Shown here: positions 12,513 through 24,710 of the stretch, in pieces
Layout: each line of letters begins with the position of its first letter
How positions within the stretch are numbered: position 1 is the first letter of the stretch
Source: Kudoa neothunni
Taxonomy: Eukaryota; Animalia; Cnidaria
DNA: 64,000 nucleotides
NCBI GenBank assembly: GCA_964304625.1
Contig: OZ199838.1
Span: 16,661,469-16,725,468 of the forward strand
Direction: 5' to 3'
The notes under the pieces: generated by a model
The model's database searches: none
Told to the model about the DNA's origin: nothing
The model's input: only the letters and a program-made list of their open reading frames with translations
Position numbers and translations under genes: made by a program

Positions 12513-14391
12513 CTAAATATATTTGGTAACTTTTATTCCCAACACAAAAAATAGCCACGAAGATAACGATGTATAATGTTGGAATTAATGTTGAGAATAG
12601 GATAAGCAGAATTTTAATTCGATTGAAATATTTGACGTCCGCTTCCTTCATGCGTGGATCAAAATAACCTAAACCTCTTTCGATATTGATCAGAGTGTCC
12701 TAAATAACATAGATAATAACTTTAACATGGTTTTCAAAGAAACTATTTAAACAATAATCAGCAATAAATACTGGTAGGATGATATTTTTAGGGACGATTT
12801 TGATCAAGATTTTCAACGTGTGTCGAAGAACTAGCAAGTTGAAACACTTGTCGATTTGAATTTTCATCTATGATGTATTTTTATTTATATGGTATACAAA
12901 ATAAACTTTATTTACGTCGGCGTTACTTGGTGAAACTTCGACGCAATATTTTTTAATTAGTAACTCAATATCTTCTCTGTGTTTCCCGTCAAATTTATCA
13001 AGGTATTCAGAAAATCCTCCAAACTAAAATATTCGTTTTGGCAATTGAAAACTTTATCATTAAGTAAATTACCCAAAATGGTAATTTTGGCTCAAAAATA
13101 ATGTCACACTTTATCCGATTCACCATTAACATAAATTCTGATTTCACCATTGAATGGGTTGTTAAATGTACAGTATCTAACAGTTTCATGCATTCGTTTT
13201 GATCGAATCTTCCCACAAACAGGTAGTTTTGGAAACGAGTTTCAATGCGAGTAGGTTTAACACAAAGGTTAAGAATATCTTTCACGTCCATAAAATACAA
13301 CGATCCATCAGGAATACAAGGATTTAACAACTCGTTGGAATCAGCGCTTAAATATTTGCCATTCTATGGAATATAATTGAGGTCAATTGTTTTCTTATTC
13401 ATTTAAATTATTAGAATTGATAGCGATATCATATATTTTATTCTGTTAAGTGCATACAATAACTTTAACTCATTGAACTCTCACTTGAATTAATTGCATA
13501 GATAGCACGTCGTAAATTGTTCTGTAGCCAGCGCAAGAGAAGACAACAGAAAACATTTTCATCATTGGATAGGCTGCAGTTTCAAAAGTTGAGTTGTATT
13601 TATTCGTGAAATAGCACTGTTTAAGAGACTCATCCAGTTGTTCCAACGGGTACATTATTCTCAATGAGGTAAATCCCATTTCAACAATCCCCATGTTTTC
13701 CTATTAGAGTTATCGAGAAAACAATCTTAACGTCGAAACAAACCTTTTTTTTATATTGGTAACGAGAGTGGAAATACAGCGCCATATTCAACTGATTTTC
13801 ACTCATCACTAGAAGATGGGGGTGAGGATGCAACCGTTTAAAGTCTTTCAAATGAAGATCTATTGATTTTTTTAATAGGTCCATCTTCTCCTCATCAATA
13901 TTTCTATTCCACTTTAATCGAAAAACTCAATACTCAATACAGTATCATTTTAGTGAGGTCAGTGAGGATAAAAAATATAAATATATCCTCCTTTTTTACT
14001 TCCTGGAAATGGTCAGATTTTATCGCCAGACTGATACAATCATGGATAAAAATGTCAATTTCCTTTAATGTAATTTCGTATTCTATACCTAAATATTTTT
14101 TTGTCAAGAGATAATTCTAACTAAAAATTTTGTCTAAACTCTTTTCCTCCGTTACAAAGGATGAGTACACCAAACGCTTGTTTTTATCAAACTGGAAGGA
14201 GTATATGGTAATTTTTGTGGACATTGGCTTAAATAACACAGAAACGCCGATCTAAAAAGAAATATAAACAAATTTCTAATTATAAGTACGTTTCTATATA
14301 AGGGCATTTTTGACGTTGCTAGGGTGAGTCGAAAAATAGCCACCAGAGTCAGCACAAGGATCTCATACAACAGCATTCTAGGACTTAACAT
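12513..14391 (-). CDS. Secreted or membrane GDA1/CD39 (NTPDase/apyrase)-fold protein with degenerate catalytic motifs
   Basis: Signal-like N-terminus. Colinear segments match the CD39 framework: GVSVLFKPMSTKITIY, GIVEMGFTSLRI, FSVVFSCAG, LLNPCIPDG, GRFDQNEC, IERGLGY. Multiple short GT-AG introns. The 3' end is less certain. Confidence 0.7.
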
Positions 14392-14816
14392 TAAATTCTT
14401 ACTTCTAAGAAATTAGAATTGATATAACTTTGATATTTCTCGATAAAATAAGCACCTAGGCGCAATATAAAAACAACGGCCCCTATTCCTCACATACACG
14501 AAATCTCATTTAGACACTAATAGTAACCGTGTCAAACCTCAAAATTTATTCATTGGTCTGCTCAATAATTTTATTTTTATCAATGGTTCAGTTTTTTATA
14601 GGATACCCCGTTTCATTAAATCCGTCCGATCTTTAAAGTCGGAGAATGTTTATGTTTATTGCAAACAACGCCCATCTTATTTCATACTTAACCGCAACCC
14701 TTCGATTAAATTTTTCCCTAGAAATTTGAAAATATTTTGTCTAACGCTGCTCTATTAACCATAATAATCCACTGATTACGGTTCAATAACTAAAAATGTC
14801 AAACTAGACACAAAAC

Positions 14817-15907
14817 CCGTGGTTTTCAACCTTTTGGAAATTGCGGATCCCCGGATAAGCTCATATTGTTTTGTGGATACCCATACATATTAAGACAATT
14901 GCAAACAAATAAAATACAGAGTTAAGAAAAATTTGCATACGTTTATTTACAACAAACTAAATACATTATTCCTTAGATTTATTCGTCATCACCAAGGTCT
15001 GACAATATGCACTTGTAAATAGACACCAATTCGGTGGCAGCTCTTAGTTTAAATTAGTGGGGTTGCTGCAATGCTATAAAGAATGTTTGTAATCGTTATC
15101 AAACTTGAATAAATTTCTGGTGAGAAAACAATCATTTACTTTTAAACTAATTGTAATCTTAAGGATAGCACTAAAATGGGGATATATACCTACGTGCTAT
15201 AGTTTTTATTGTTTACGAGGTCAAACCCCTGGCGCAACTGGTTAGGTTGTGAAGTTCGGTCTGGTTAGGCCTCATTTATCTATTTACGCTTAGGCACCGA
15301 AGCGTCATATTAAGGAGACTTACGTTTATGTGGTAATGTGGGATTTTAACCCACTAAAAATCCTCGTTTCGGAGCAACCACCACCTCAACCATACCCTGG
15401 ACTAACCCAGAATGAGTCTGGGAAAGTCTTCTGAATGTCTAAATGTCTGAATGAATGTGGGTGTTGGCTCTTCGAAAACCCCTACTCCTATTGGGTTGTA
15501 TTTCGTCCTTGTACCCCGGCGTTTATGAGCGCTCGAGTTCTACCTATCCGCCACGCTCTCCGCTCACCTGCAAACCAGAAAGGTCATGATAAATTGTAGA
15601 TCCTTGCGATTATTACAACCTTCATACCTAATTCCGGATTAGGAGCACGGGAACGTCCAGACTAGGCGTCGAACCCGCAATCTCATGGTATGGTATGCGA
15701 GCCCGACCTAACATCACTGTCATATTATCCAGGAAATTTATAAAATCAGTAGAATAAAAATAGTTACGGTAAAAATACACAATTTAAATTGTTATATACA
15801 ATAATGGATAAAATATTACTAAAAAAATCAACCTCTAATTCGAGTAAATACTTTCAATATTTACGTAGGTCACCGGACATTTTTTTGAAAAAGGTTGGGC
15901 AACACCG
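14817..15907. mobile_element. Non-autonomous hAT (Buster/Charlie-like) ends enclosing a SINE-like insert
   Basis: ccgtggttttcaacctttt at 14817 and aaaaggttgggcaacaccg at ~15889-15907 resemble CAGTGGTTCTCAACCT-type TIRs. No matching TSD is visible. Confidence 0.4.
15205..15734 (-). mobile_element. Putative tRNA-derived SINE (~530 bp)
   Basis: The minus-strand head has a B-box GGTTCGACGCC and tRNA-like ends (tcctgga...tctggac). The body is much more GC-rich than its flanks, contains a GTGGG-ttaaaat-CCCAC stem-loop and ends A-rich. Confidence 0.5.
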
Positions 15908-16133
15908 ACCTAACTCTTAACTGTATTTCACCCCTTATTGACATAAACATAAAAGTGACTTGAATATCGACTCACAAAAACGCGCCAATTAACCAACAAA
16001 CAAAAAAAACGTATATCAATGACAGTCACATTTTAAAAGAAAAACAAAACAACGCACACACATGCATAGATGATCCAAGAATGTGCTCCCTATTAACAAA
16101 TGTAAATGAGACGATAGTCAACAATAGAGAGCC

Positions 16134-17448
16134 TTAGGATCGACGACTACGTCGTTCTCCATCCCTTTTAGAAGAATGCCTTCGATCACGTCTAATGTGA
16201 TTGTTGTCATCGGAAGATGATCGTCGTCTTCTGGAATGACGCGAACGTCTATCACCGCCACCACCACTAGAGGATGAATCACGACGACGTCTCTTGCGAC
16301 GATAATCATTGTCAACATCTCCATCGGAAGACCCTCGATGTTTTCTATTTCGAGAAGAGCGATCCTCCTCTCCGTTGTTTCGTTTCGATTTAGCAGATTC
16401 GTCCAGTTGGTCATTGTTCTCAGCTGTAGCGTCTTCCTTCAACCAATATTTTTCCTACAAATAAAATCAGATGTTAGGCAGTTGGTTGATTAAGTGGTTG
16501 TTTAAGTAGTTATTTGGGGCTGAACAAAATTACCTTCATTAGGTTGAATTGGCTACGTAATTTTGCGTAACCATCGTGTTGTTTCCCAAGAATGTGATCC
16601 TCGATACGCAGTTGAGTGTCTCCAATGAGAATCAATGCCCCACAAACTTCACATACATCCATTTCGCGTTCCATTGTGAGATCAGATCGTTGGTAGGTGA
16701 GTGGATCAGGTGGTGCAGACTTTTCCGCTCTCAACTTTTCAATCACATCTGCCACCTCTTGTGCTTCAGTGACGTTTCCCTGACTACCCAACGATTCCAA
16801 CTAAGCTCAACAACATTTGAATTTCACAAAATCTTTCAATTTAACTTAAATATTTACTTTTGACAGAAGATGATCAATTTTTTGATCTAGAAATTGTTGT
16901 CTTTCTAATTCAGCTGCCTCTCTAGCCTCCTGCGATCAAAAATTACCACATTAAAATCTGCCTTTCCATTAAACCCCATTCACCTTATTTTTAGCCCGAT
17001 TCTGCTCCAATCGTTGTCTTGCTTTGACTATCTTTCGGTCACAATCATCCAAAATTTCTTGAATGTATCGTTGGAGGTCCTCCTCATAACCCAATTCACC
17101 ATATTTGTCACTTTTCTCGTAATGCTCCTTCAACACGTCTGCATGTCGATTTGGACATGGTCCTAAATGGTGGTGGTTCAAATTTATAGGTTACAATCTA
17201 TTCCATTCAAAACCACATACCCATATCTGCTTTTGTTCCATCGAAAAGTTCGTTTGGACAAAAAGCAGCCAAAAAATATTTACACACCTACAACATCCAT
17301 AAACACATTACAACCACATCCGCACTGCTCCTCCAAAGCATACGTCTTTATCCGACCAGTGACGTTTGATACTTTTTCTCCCTGGCAATGAGTTACGGTT
17401 TGGACCCATCAATTGGTCCAAAAGTTGTGAGGCTGTTGGGACTGGCAT
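16134..17448 (-). CDS. LUC7L3: LUC7-like U1 snRNP-associated protein (LUC7L3 type) with RS-rich tail
   Basis: ASQLLDQLMG, ZnF1 VCKYFLAAFCPNELF...GPCPNRH, GYEEDL, ZnF2 MDVCEVCGALI...RIEDHILGKQHDGY, and an Arg/Ser-rich last exon. Confidence 0.9.
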
Positions 17449-19113
17449 TCTGCTTAAACCTTAGGCGCACGCTATCAACGCATCCAAATACATCATGCGG
17501 TGTCGTATTTGCGCACACAACAAAATATTCGCTTATTTAATAAATCAACAATTTCCCCACCTTATTAATAAGCTGATACTCCTTTTATAATATATGTGTG
17601 ACAAATCAGTTGGTCCTTAGCAACCAACTCAACACCAACTCAACACTCGTTGGGTTGATCTCCCTGTCGAAATTTCCCAGCGTCGATAGAAATACCAATT
17701 TTTAAATTTATTCAAAAATATGATAACTAATATTTTACATTGATCATTTTTTTTCAAATACAGAAATACCTCTATATTGCGTATTAAAATAGGAATTTGA
17801 GCTTTTAGTGCCCATTACCAGTTTTGCATCTGCGAGGTAAGAATATATTTTTATTTTTTAACTAAAAAATAATCCATTTTGTTCGTATTATTCAACTATA
17901 AGTGTGAGGGACATCGAACTAACGATGTGAGAACTTTCCACCTTTCTTTTGCGAACTTTTGATCAAGATTTTTAACATATCAAATAGATAATTGAAGACA
18001 TCGAACTATTTTTTTAATATTTAACAGTAAATCATTCATTTCTTTAAAACAGCGGATCTCTTTGAACTTATTAATGATGTTGTATGGAAATTTTTTGTCT
18101 ATGATGAAGCTTGAAGCATGAAGCAGTCTATAATGCGTTGAGAGGCCCTTTTGATTTTGTTTTAGTTTTCTTTAATTTTACTCATTCCTTTATTTCGTAT
18201 GTTCGTTGACTGTAATGTTCATAAAAAAAGAACGGTCTGGTCGAGATTTAGTATTTATTGAAGTTTTTTTTTAATTCCAAAAATTTTTGCCTACCTAGAG
18301 AGTTATGAGTTATGAGGTTCAAATGAACAGGCAGTGCAATGAATCGTGTTATATAACTCTTGTTGAAATAATTACATGATTTTTTATACAACAATATTTC
18401 TATTTTACAATAATTAGATTTTATTGTTTTGGAGTAGGTAATGTGAAAAATGTGTTTTGATCAATATCTTGTTCGCTTTTGATAATATGGCAATTGATAA
18501 TCCTGTGTATAATTTTGTAGGGGGTTATAATTGCTAATAGATAAAGTTATTAGTGTAATAATCTCAATCAAGTTGTTGTTTCCATCTCTGAGCAACTTAA
18601 GATATATATTGTTTTGGACTTGTAGTTTATGATGAAAATTTCATGTAGAAAATCATTCTAAAGTCATTACAGACCAAAAAAATTCAAATAAGTAAATTGC
18701 AATTACGATTTAATACTCAGCTAAATAAATGCCTAATAATCGTGCTATTTTTATTTACTGTATTCGGATATATAGGTTTGTTTTCATGTGTTATCTAATG
18801 AGATAACAAGATTGGCCAATTTATTTTGGAGTTGATACATATTATAACGTGCAAGTAATAAATTTAGAATTTCAAAAATTAATAAATTAAATTAATCGTC
18901 TTTTATCTAATCATCATATTGTGTACAAGTTCTACCTTAACATTAAACTTGCCCTTTTTTCTCAATAAATATGTAGGTAAAGTTGGTAGTTCTTATTCTA
19001 TTTTCTCATTTTATTATTTATAAAAATAAAAATAGGTGATGAATATAATATCTATATTCTCACTGATAAGATAAACCAACATAAATAGCACTAAACCGTT
19101 TAGTTCAGAAGCA

Positions 19114-20194
19114 ATGGGAAATATTTTTGGACCGAAAATGATAGCGTTATTCATTTTTCTCTGTAAATATAATATTTATAATATTGAAAACATTTTAATT
19201 ATGAATAGGTGGAATTTTCATGAATGTTTCGACCTACAATTATCGTGTAATGTTATGCTAATTTTATTGTAGAAGTGATAGCATTTAGAGGGATGTTATA
19301 GATGTTTACACTAGCCTCACCGATGAATCCAAAAATAGACTTATCAGTAATACAAAGAATAAAATAACGCTCTATAAAGATATCTTAGGCTTGAATGTAC
19401 TAAATATTAAAAATTTTGGATAATTTTTTTTAGAAAATAAACGAATCTCGTATACACAATGCTACTGGTTATTTTGTCAATAATGTCTTAATTCACACAC
19501 GTTACTGTTCCCTTGGTTCAAACTGTGTCAATGAAAAAGGTAATAAAATTTTACATATTAAATTCTATCTTTATGCTTATATCTCGTATGTATAAAGAAA
19601 TGTATTATCTGGCATGAATTTATTATTATTGTGGAAATTTAATGTGAGGCTAAATTATTAGTTAACTTGACAGATAAAGGACTAGAATGTGCAACATGTG
19701 CAGTAACAACAACAATACATTTCTTATTAGTATCTATTTAATTTTAGTGCGTTAGCAAGATAATAGAACTTTATCTTGAAAGAAATACTGCGAAACATAT
19801 TTTGAGATTAAGATGCAAACTTAAGTTTGGAAGAAATCATCAAAGAAGAATGGTAATTTGTTTCTAGAACAAAATATAAATTCATAAATGCATCTTTAGT
19901 GTAGATATTTGAGTTTGATAAACTCCGATATCTATTATCGCTTGCACGCCGAACAAGATTACACCATCCATTGTAATGATTCTTCCCTGTGTAACTCTGA
20001 TCTCTTAAAATACTTTTTATTCTCTCACGAGAGAAATGAAGAGTACTACCTTGGGTAACAGATTCTAAATGGGACAGAATATAAGAATTTAATTTAGAGA
20101 TACTTTTCTTCCAAAAACAGTGTTGGGGAAAGATGGCCAATTTATTCAAGTGAAACAAACTGAACCTGACGAATCTCTTTTCCTTTGGGAATAA
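19114..20194 (+). CDS. Secreted saposin-like (SAPLIP) protein A, ~232 aa, 8 exons
   Basis: Seven GT-AG introns splice into one open frame: hydrophobic signal (MIALFIFLCGIFM), five NxS/T sequons and C-x2-C-x23-C-x12-C-x23-C-x5-C. Exon structure is shared with the paralog at 22926. Confidence 0.75.
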
Positions 20195-21406
20195 ACTGAA
20201 ACCTAAATCAAGAACCCGTCAATCGTTCTGCATTCATTTAACTAATATTCTTTTTCTGAGATATTGTCAGTAGATTCACTTTAATTTGAATTTTAACTTG
20301 GAATTTAATATGTAAATATGTAAATATCAATTTAATCGAATTTAATATAAAATTATTAACTTGGTTTGATTTATTTAAACAAGAAAGACTATTAGGCTTT
20401 AAAGTTGATAACATTTTTTAATAATTTTATAATAAATAATTAAAACTATTTTAATTCAATTATTATACAAAAGTAATTACTCGTACTCCTTTATCGCCTA
20501 ATTATAAAAAATCAAAATAAGTACAAAAAAATAAACGATAATCCTTTTAATTTAATGCCAACTTTTTATTTTTAGATTCACGTAGAAATGAGAATATTGA
20601 GCAGTGCAAAATACCTCAAAATTATTCAAAAAATATAATAATTCTTTCAATTAATCTATAAAAGAGATTAATCTACAAAATTTTAAAGTCTCTTACTTTT
20701 AAAAATTGTCTCAAACGAAATAGAAGGATATATCATCATAAAACCAACATATTTCATAAATAATCGGACCTATTTCAAAATTAACCGTGCACATTTAAAA
20801 CTATTCGGTACGGTATATTTTCTTATTTAACCCCTTAACTTGGAAGCCAACTGCACATTTGCTTTAAGATTATATACTGGTTATACTAAGACAAAGGCTA
20901 TTTGCATGGTAAATTCTAATGCAAAAAGGCATGTCCGCCAGTGTAATGACAATTTTTAGTCCCAGCGACTCTTGTTCATAGGTTGTCTACAGATTTCAAA
21001 TTTCAGAATGGGTTAAATTAAACTATTTTTGAACTAGTCCTTCGCTCTTAGAGATCAGAAATAATTAAAAATAGTCGACATTCGTGGCGCCAGAATATTA
21101 TTTACTATGCAAGTAGCTATTTTAAGTATAATTATTATTTGGCTACATTCCTAAAAGCTAAACGAGATATAAAAGAAAGAGGTTGATAGTAGCTCTATGA
21201 ATTGTTGTTAAATGATTATTCCTAATAACATTTTGAGAATTTCTGACCATTTCTAATTGTGTTAAATAGATTTAAATAATATAATTCATTAGACATCTTT
21301 AAATAAGTCACAAACCGCATTATGGCAAAATTTACTCTATCTAATTTAGATGCAACTTAATTTACCCACGGTTGAGAACCCCTACTCTATGTTATCGAAA
21401 AACGAA

Positions 21407-21932
21407 CTACCTCCAAAGATTTTGGAGTGAAATTCACCCAAATTTTTTTGAGTAAATTTAAACATAAAATTGTAATAAATTTATTTGTAAACATTACATT
21501 CAGAGAAAAAGTGTTATTACTCACATTATTAACCCTCATAAAACCTTACAAGGCATAAGTCACCAATTCTTCGTTAAGGTACAAAAGTAAAAAATGAACT
21601 GTGATGTATTTTATTTTAATTTCTATCTTAATTTGTTTTCTAATATAATGAACTAAGATAGAATTCATTTTGAGAAATTAATAAATTTTTTAGATGAATA
21701 ATTGATTAAAAATTATGTTGGGATGAATTTCACCCCTAAATCATCGGAGAGGTTTTTAAATTTTTAACGGCTTACTATATTTTTTTAAAAACCAAACACT
21801 CACAAATTTTACTTAAAATAAATTTATAGGTATAGCAATAATTTCACACGCATTAATAAACAATGAAAGAATATATGATAGGATTAATACTTGTTTGGAG
21901 TGAATTTCACCCCAAAATCCTTAGAGGGTTAA
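21407..21932. mobile_element. piggyBac-type MITE with repeated subterminal palindromes
   Basis: Right end ccccaaaatccttagagggTTAA, degenerate left end cctccaaagattttggagtgaaattcaccc, and an internal copy of the same motif at ~21720-21752. Confidence 0.6.
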
Positions 21933-22925
21933 AGTAGATTATTTTTTATATTTAATTAATCTAACAAATAACTATATATATTTATCTAAAAAAGTTCTAT
22001 AGAAATAACTTGAATTATAGAAAAGAATACGTGTCGCCTAATAAAAAAACCTCTGATCTAATGTGTGGTTTTGCTTATTATTTCAAGTCCGAAAAAATAA
22101 AGGACATAACATATATGGACAAATCTCAGATCTATAAGATACAGAATTTGATCGAATCAAACTAAGTCCAATAAATATACCGTCCTTTCTAAAAAGAAAG
22201 GAAGTAATTCAAAATATAGTTAGAGGAATTTTAAGTTTAACACTAGTCTAACGATAGTGTCCATCTTCACAACAATAGTGCATACGTGACACTTTGAAGT
22301 TTGGAGGTTCACTGCTTCCTATTATTAATTTATCAGCATGATTCTTGATTAGAATCAATAGATTTAGATAATTTTTCTCTATTAGATTAGCACGAGTGAG
22401 GCTTATTTTTATTTTAAATCTTTTGAATTAATAGCCCTAGATATTTTTCATTGAAACTAGTAAATATTTAGGTGCAACATTATATTTTTTATCAACCAGT
22501 TAAGATACATTAGAATTTTCCTATGATGGGAATCACTTACTTAATATGTATATAATGGACATTTTATCGTGTTTATAAAAAGTTTTGTACGGTTGTTTTA
22601 TTTTCTAATTCTCTTATATGAACTAAGTTGTTACATTAAGTCAGACATTCAATAATGTATAAAATCTTGTAATTATTTAAGTAATATAAAATAACGATAA
22701 TATTTTTATGAGCGGTTACTGAGACTTGAGTTTTATGCGTTAATAATTTAAAAGATTTTTCTTTTTTTCCCAATTACAATAAAAAATAAATTAAATATTA
22801 CATTGATTATACAATAATCACTTATCAGAATTGGAATAAGATAAGATATGATAACTTAATATATAAAGTGCGAAATCACCGAGATTAGTTGATTAGTTGC
22901 AAGGTCAAATTCTGCGAAAGCAATC

Positions 22926-24023
22926 ATGACAACGTCTCTCTTTCTATGTTGTATATTTTTCCTAATTTTATACAATATAATATTCATCTAGTTGGTGTTG
23001 TTACTCTCCTTCAAATCACTGTTAAAACCAGAAATTTTCGAGTAGCGTTAATTTAGTGTGACATAATTGAAGATTATTAGAATGACGTTCCATACGTTTT
23101 TACTAACCTTACTGATGAATCAAAAATTAGACTTATGAACAATACGAACACGATGGCATTAACTTATAAGCAACTTCTTGGTTTAAACGTGAATTAAATA
23201 ATAATAAATTGGTTCATAATATTTTGCAGGCAACTGACGCATCGCGTATCAGTTCGGCCAGTGAATATTTCGCTAACAACTTACAAATCCATCAGCATTA
23301 TTGTACACCTCGGCGAAAATTGTATCAATAACAAAGGTGATCTAACTTTTCCTATTAATATATAATCTTAATGTTACTATTAATTAGTTTAATAGTTCTT
23401 ATTTCAATTGGGAATAATATATTTCAATTTATACTGAGTTTTATTGTTTAAAAAATATATTTGAATTTAATTAACACCAAAAATTATTAGTTAGTCTGAC
23501 AGATGAAGGATTAAAATGTGCTACATGTGCAGTAAGAAATAAACTATTTAATCTTTATAAAACGTTGTAATACTTTAGTGCATTAGTAAGATTTCAGAGC
23601 TATACGAAGACAGTAACGCCGCGAAAAATATCCTCATGTTAAGATGTGTGAAAAAGTTTCGTAACTCCCATCAATTAAGAATGGTAATCAACCTTAAAAA
23701 ATAAATATGTTAATATATGCGATGTTAGTGCAAACATTTCAGTCTAATAAATGCAGAAATCTTTTATCGTTTAAACGCGGAACGGGATTTTACCGTCCAC
23801 TGCAATGATGCGGTCCTTTGTAACACTGATCTCTTAAAATATATGATCTTCCCCCCCATGAACGAGATCGCGATTACGATTTTGGGTAATTGGTATTTAT
23901 CTTTGCTAAAATAAAACAAAAATTCAATTTTAGTGATGTTCAGCTCCCAGCGCTCTGTTGAGTCTAGATGGACAAATTGGCCCAATTTCAGCTTTTGAAT
24001 CTGATGACGTAATATTCACGTAA
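22926..24023 (+). pseudogene. Saposin-like paralog B, with 3 apparent frameshifts (pseudogene or assembly error)
   Basis: Same 8-exon layout and Cys pattern as A (LTDESKIRL, GLKCATCAC, ILMLRC, RMC, HCNDAVLCNTDLLKY). Indels at ~23307, 23851-23857 (C7) and ~23946. Confidence 0.7.
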
Positions 24024-24670
24024 GGATAAATAATCCATTCTATATCGAACTTAAATCATTATAATTTTCATTTTAAATAGTAATAGTTTTCTCGCATTGT
24101 TATTAAGTTGTGTTTTTATCATCTCCTTAGATAAATAAACAAATATTAATTTCGTTTAATATAAATTAGTTAGTAATATATTTATGAATTATTTCTCATT
24201 AAAATGTTTGAAATTGATTCAATTTAATTTAAAATTATTTTAAAAACAGATAAGCGAGATTCGCTTATATGCTACTTTTGTCGAATTTCTGGAAATAAAT
24301 TTCCTTTGACTGTAACAAGCATCCAAACAATTAGGCCATGATAAAAATATTATAAGATAATTATATAGGTAGTTAATTCAATGGTCATGAAATCTTTTAA
24401 TTTTATAGCACTTAAGTTCCTTTATAAGTAATTTTCAAATCTTACACTAAGAAATACTTATTTCATGGTAGAAAATAGCTAAAATTTTCAGACGTCAAAA
24501 AAATCCACACTTCAATTACCCTAAATTAATTAATTAATTAATTAGGAAATTAAAATCAATAATTTTCTATCATTGTGAGAGTATTTAAATTGTATGTATT
24601 ATTTAATTACATAAAAATTTTTATTTTAATGGCAGTTTTTGACGGATGCTTATGTATTCAAATAATAGTC

Positions 24671-24710
24671 TTAACCCTTTAAGGAAGGGATTTTGGGGTA
24701 TGTGGGGCCC
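24671..24710 (+). mobile_element. piggyBac-type left end
   Basis: TTAA-CCCTTTAAGG...ttttggggtatgtggggccc. No partner end identified. Confidence 0.4.

Noticed and set aside
17809-18660. Possible gene between LUC7L3 and saposin A (plus-strand GAG|GTAAGA donor, short minus-strand open frames)
   Set aside because: I could not build a consistent spliced ORF or recognise a motif. RNA-seq is needed.
19960-20000. Ly6/three-finger reading of the C-x5-CN motif
   Set aside because: There is no CC doublet, and the Cys spacing and amphipathic helical pattern fit saposin better. A structure prediction is still needed.
19808-20158. Minus-strand ORFs of 116 aa here and 73 aa at 23764-23985
   Set aside because: They are antisense shadows of the spliced plus-strand saposin-like genes.
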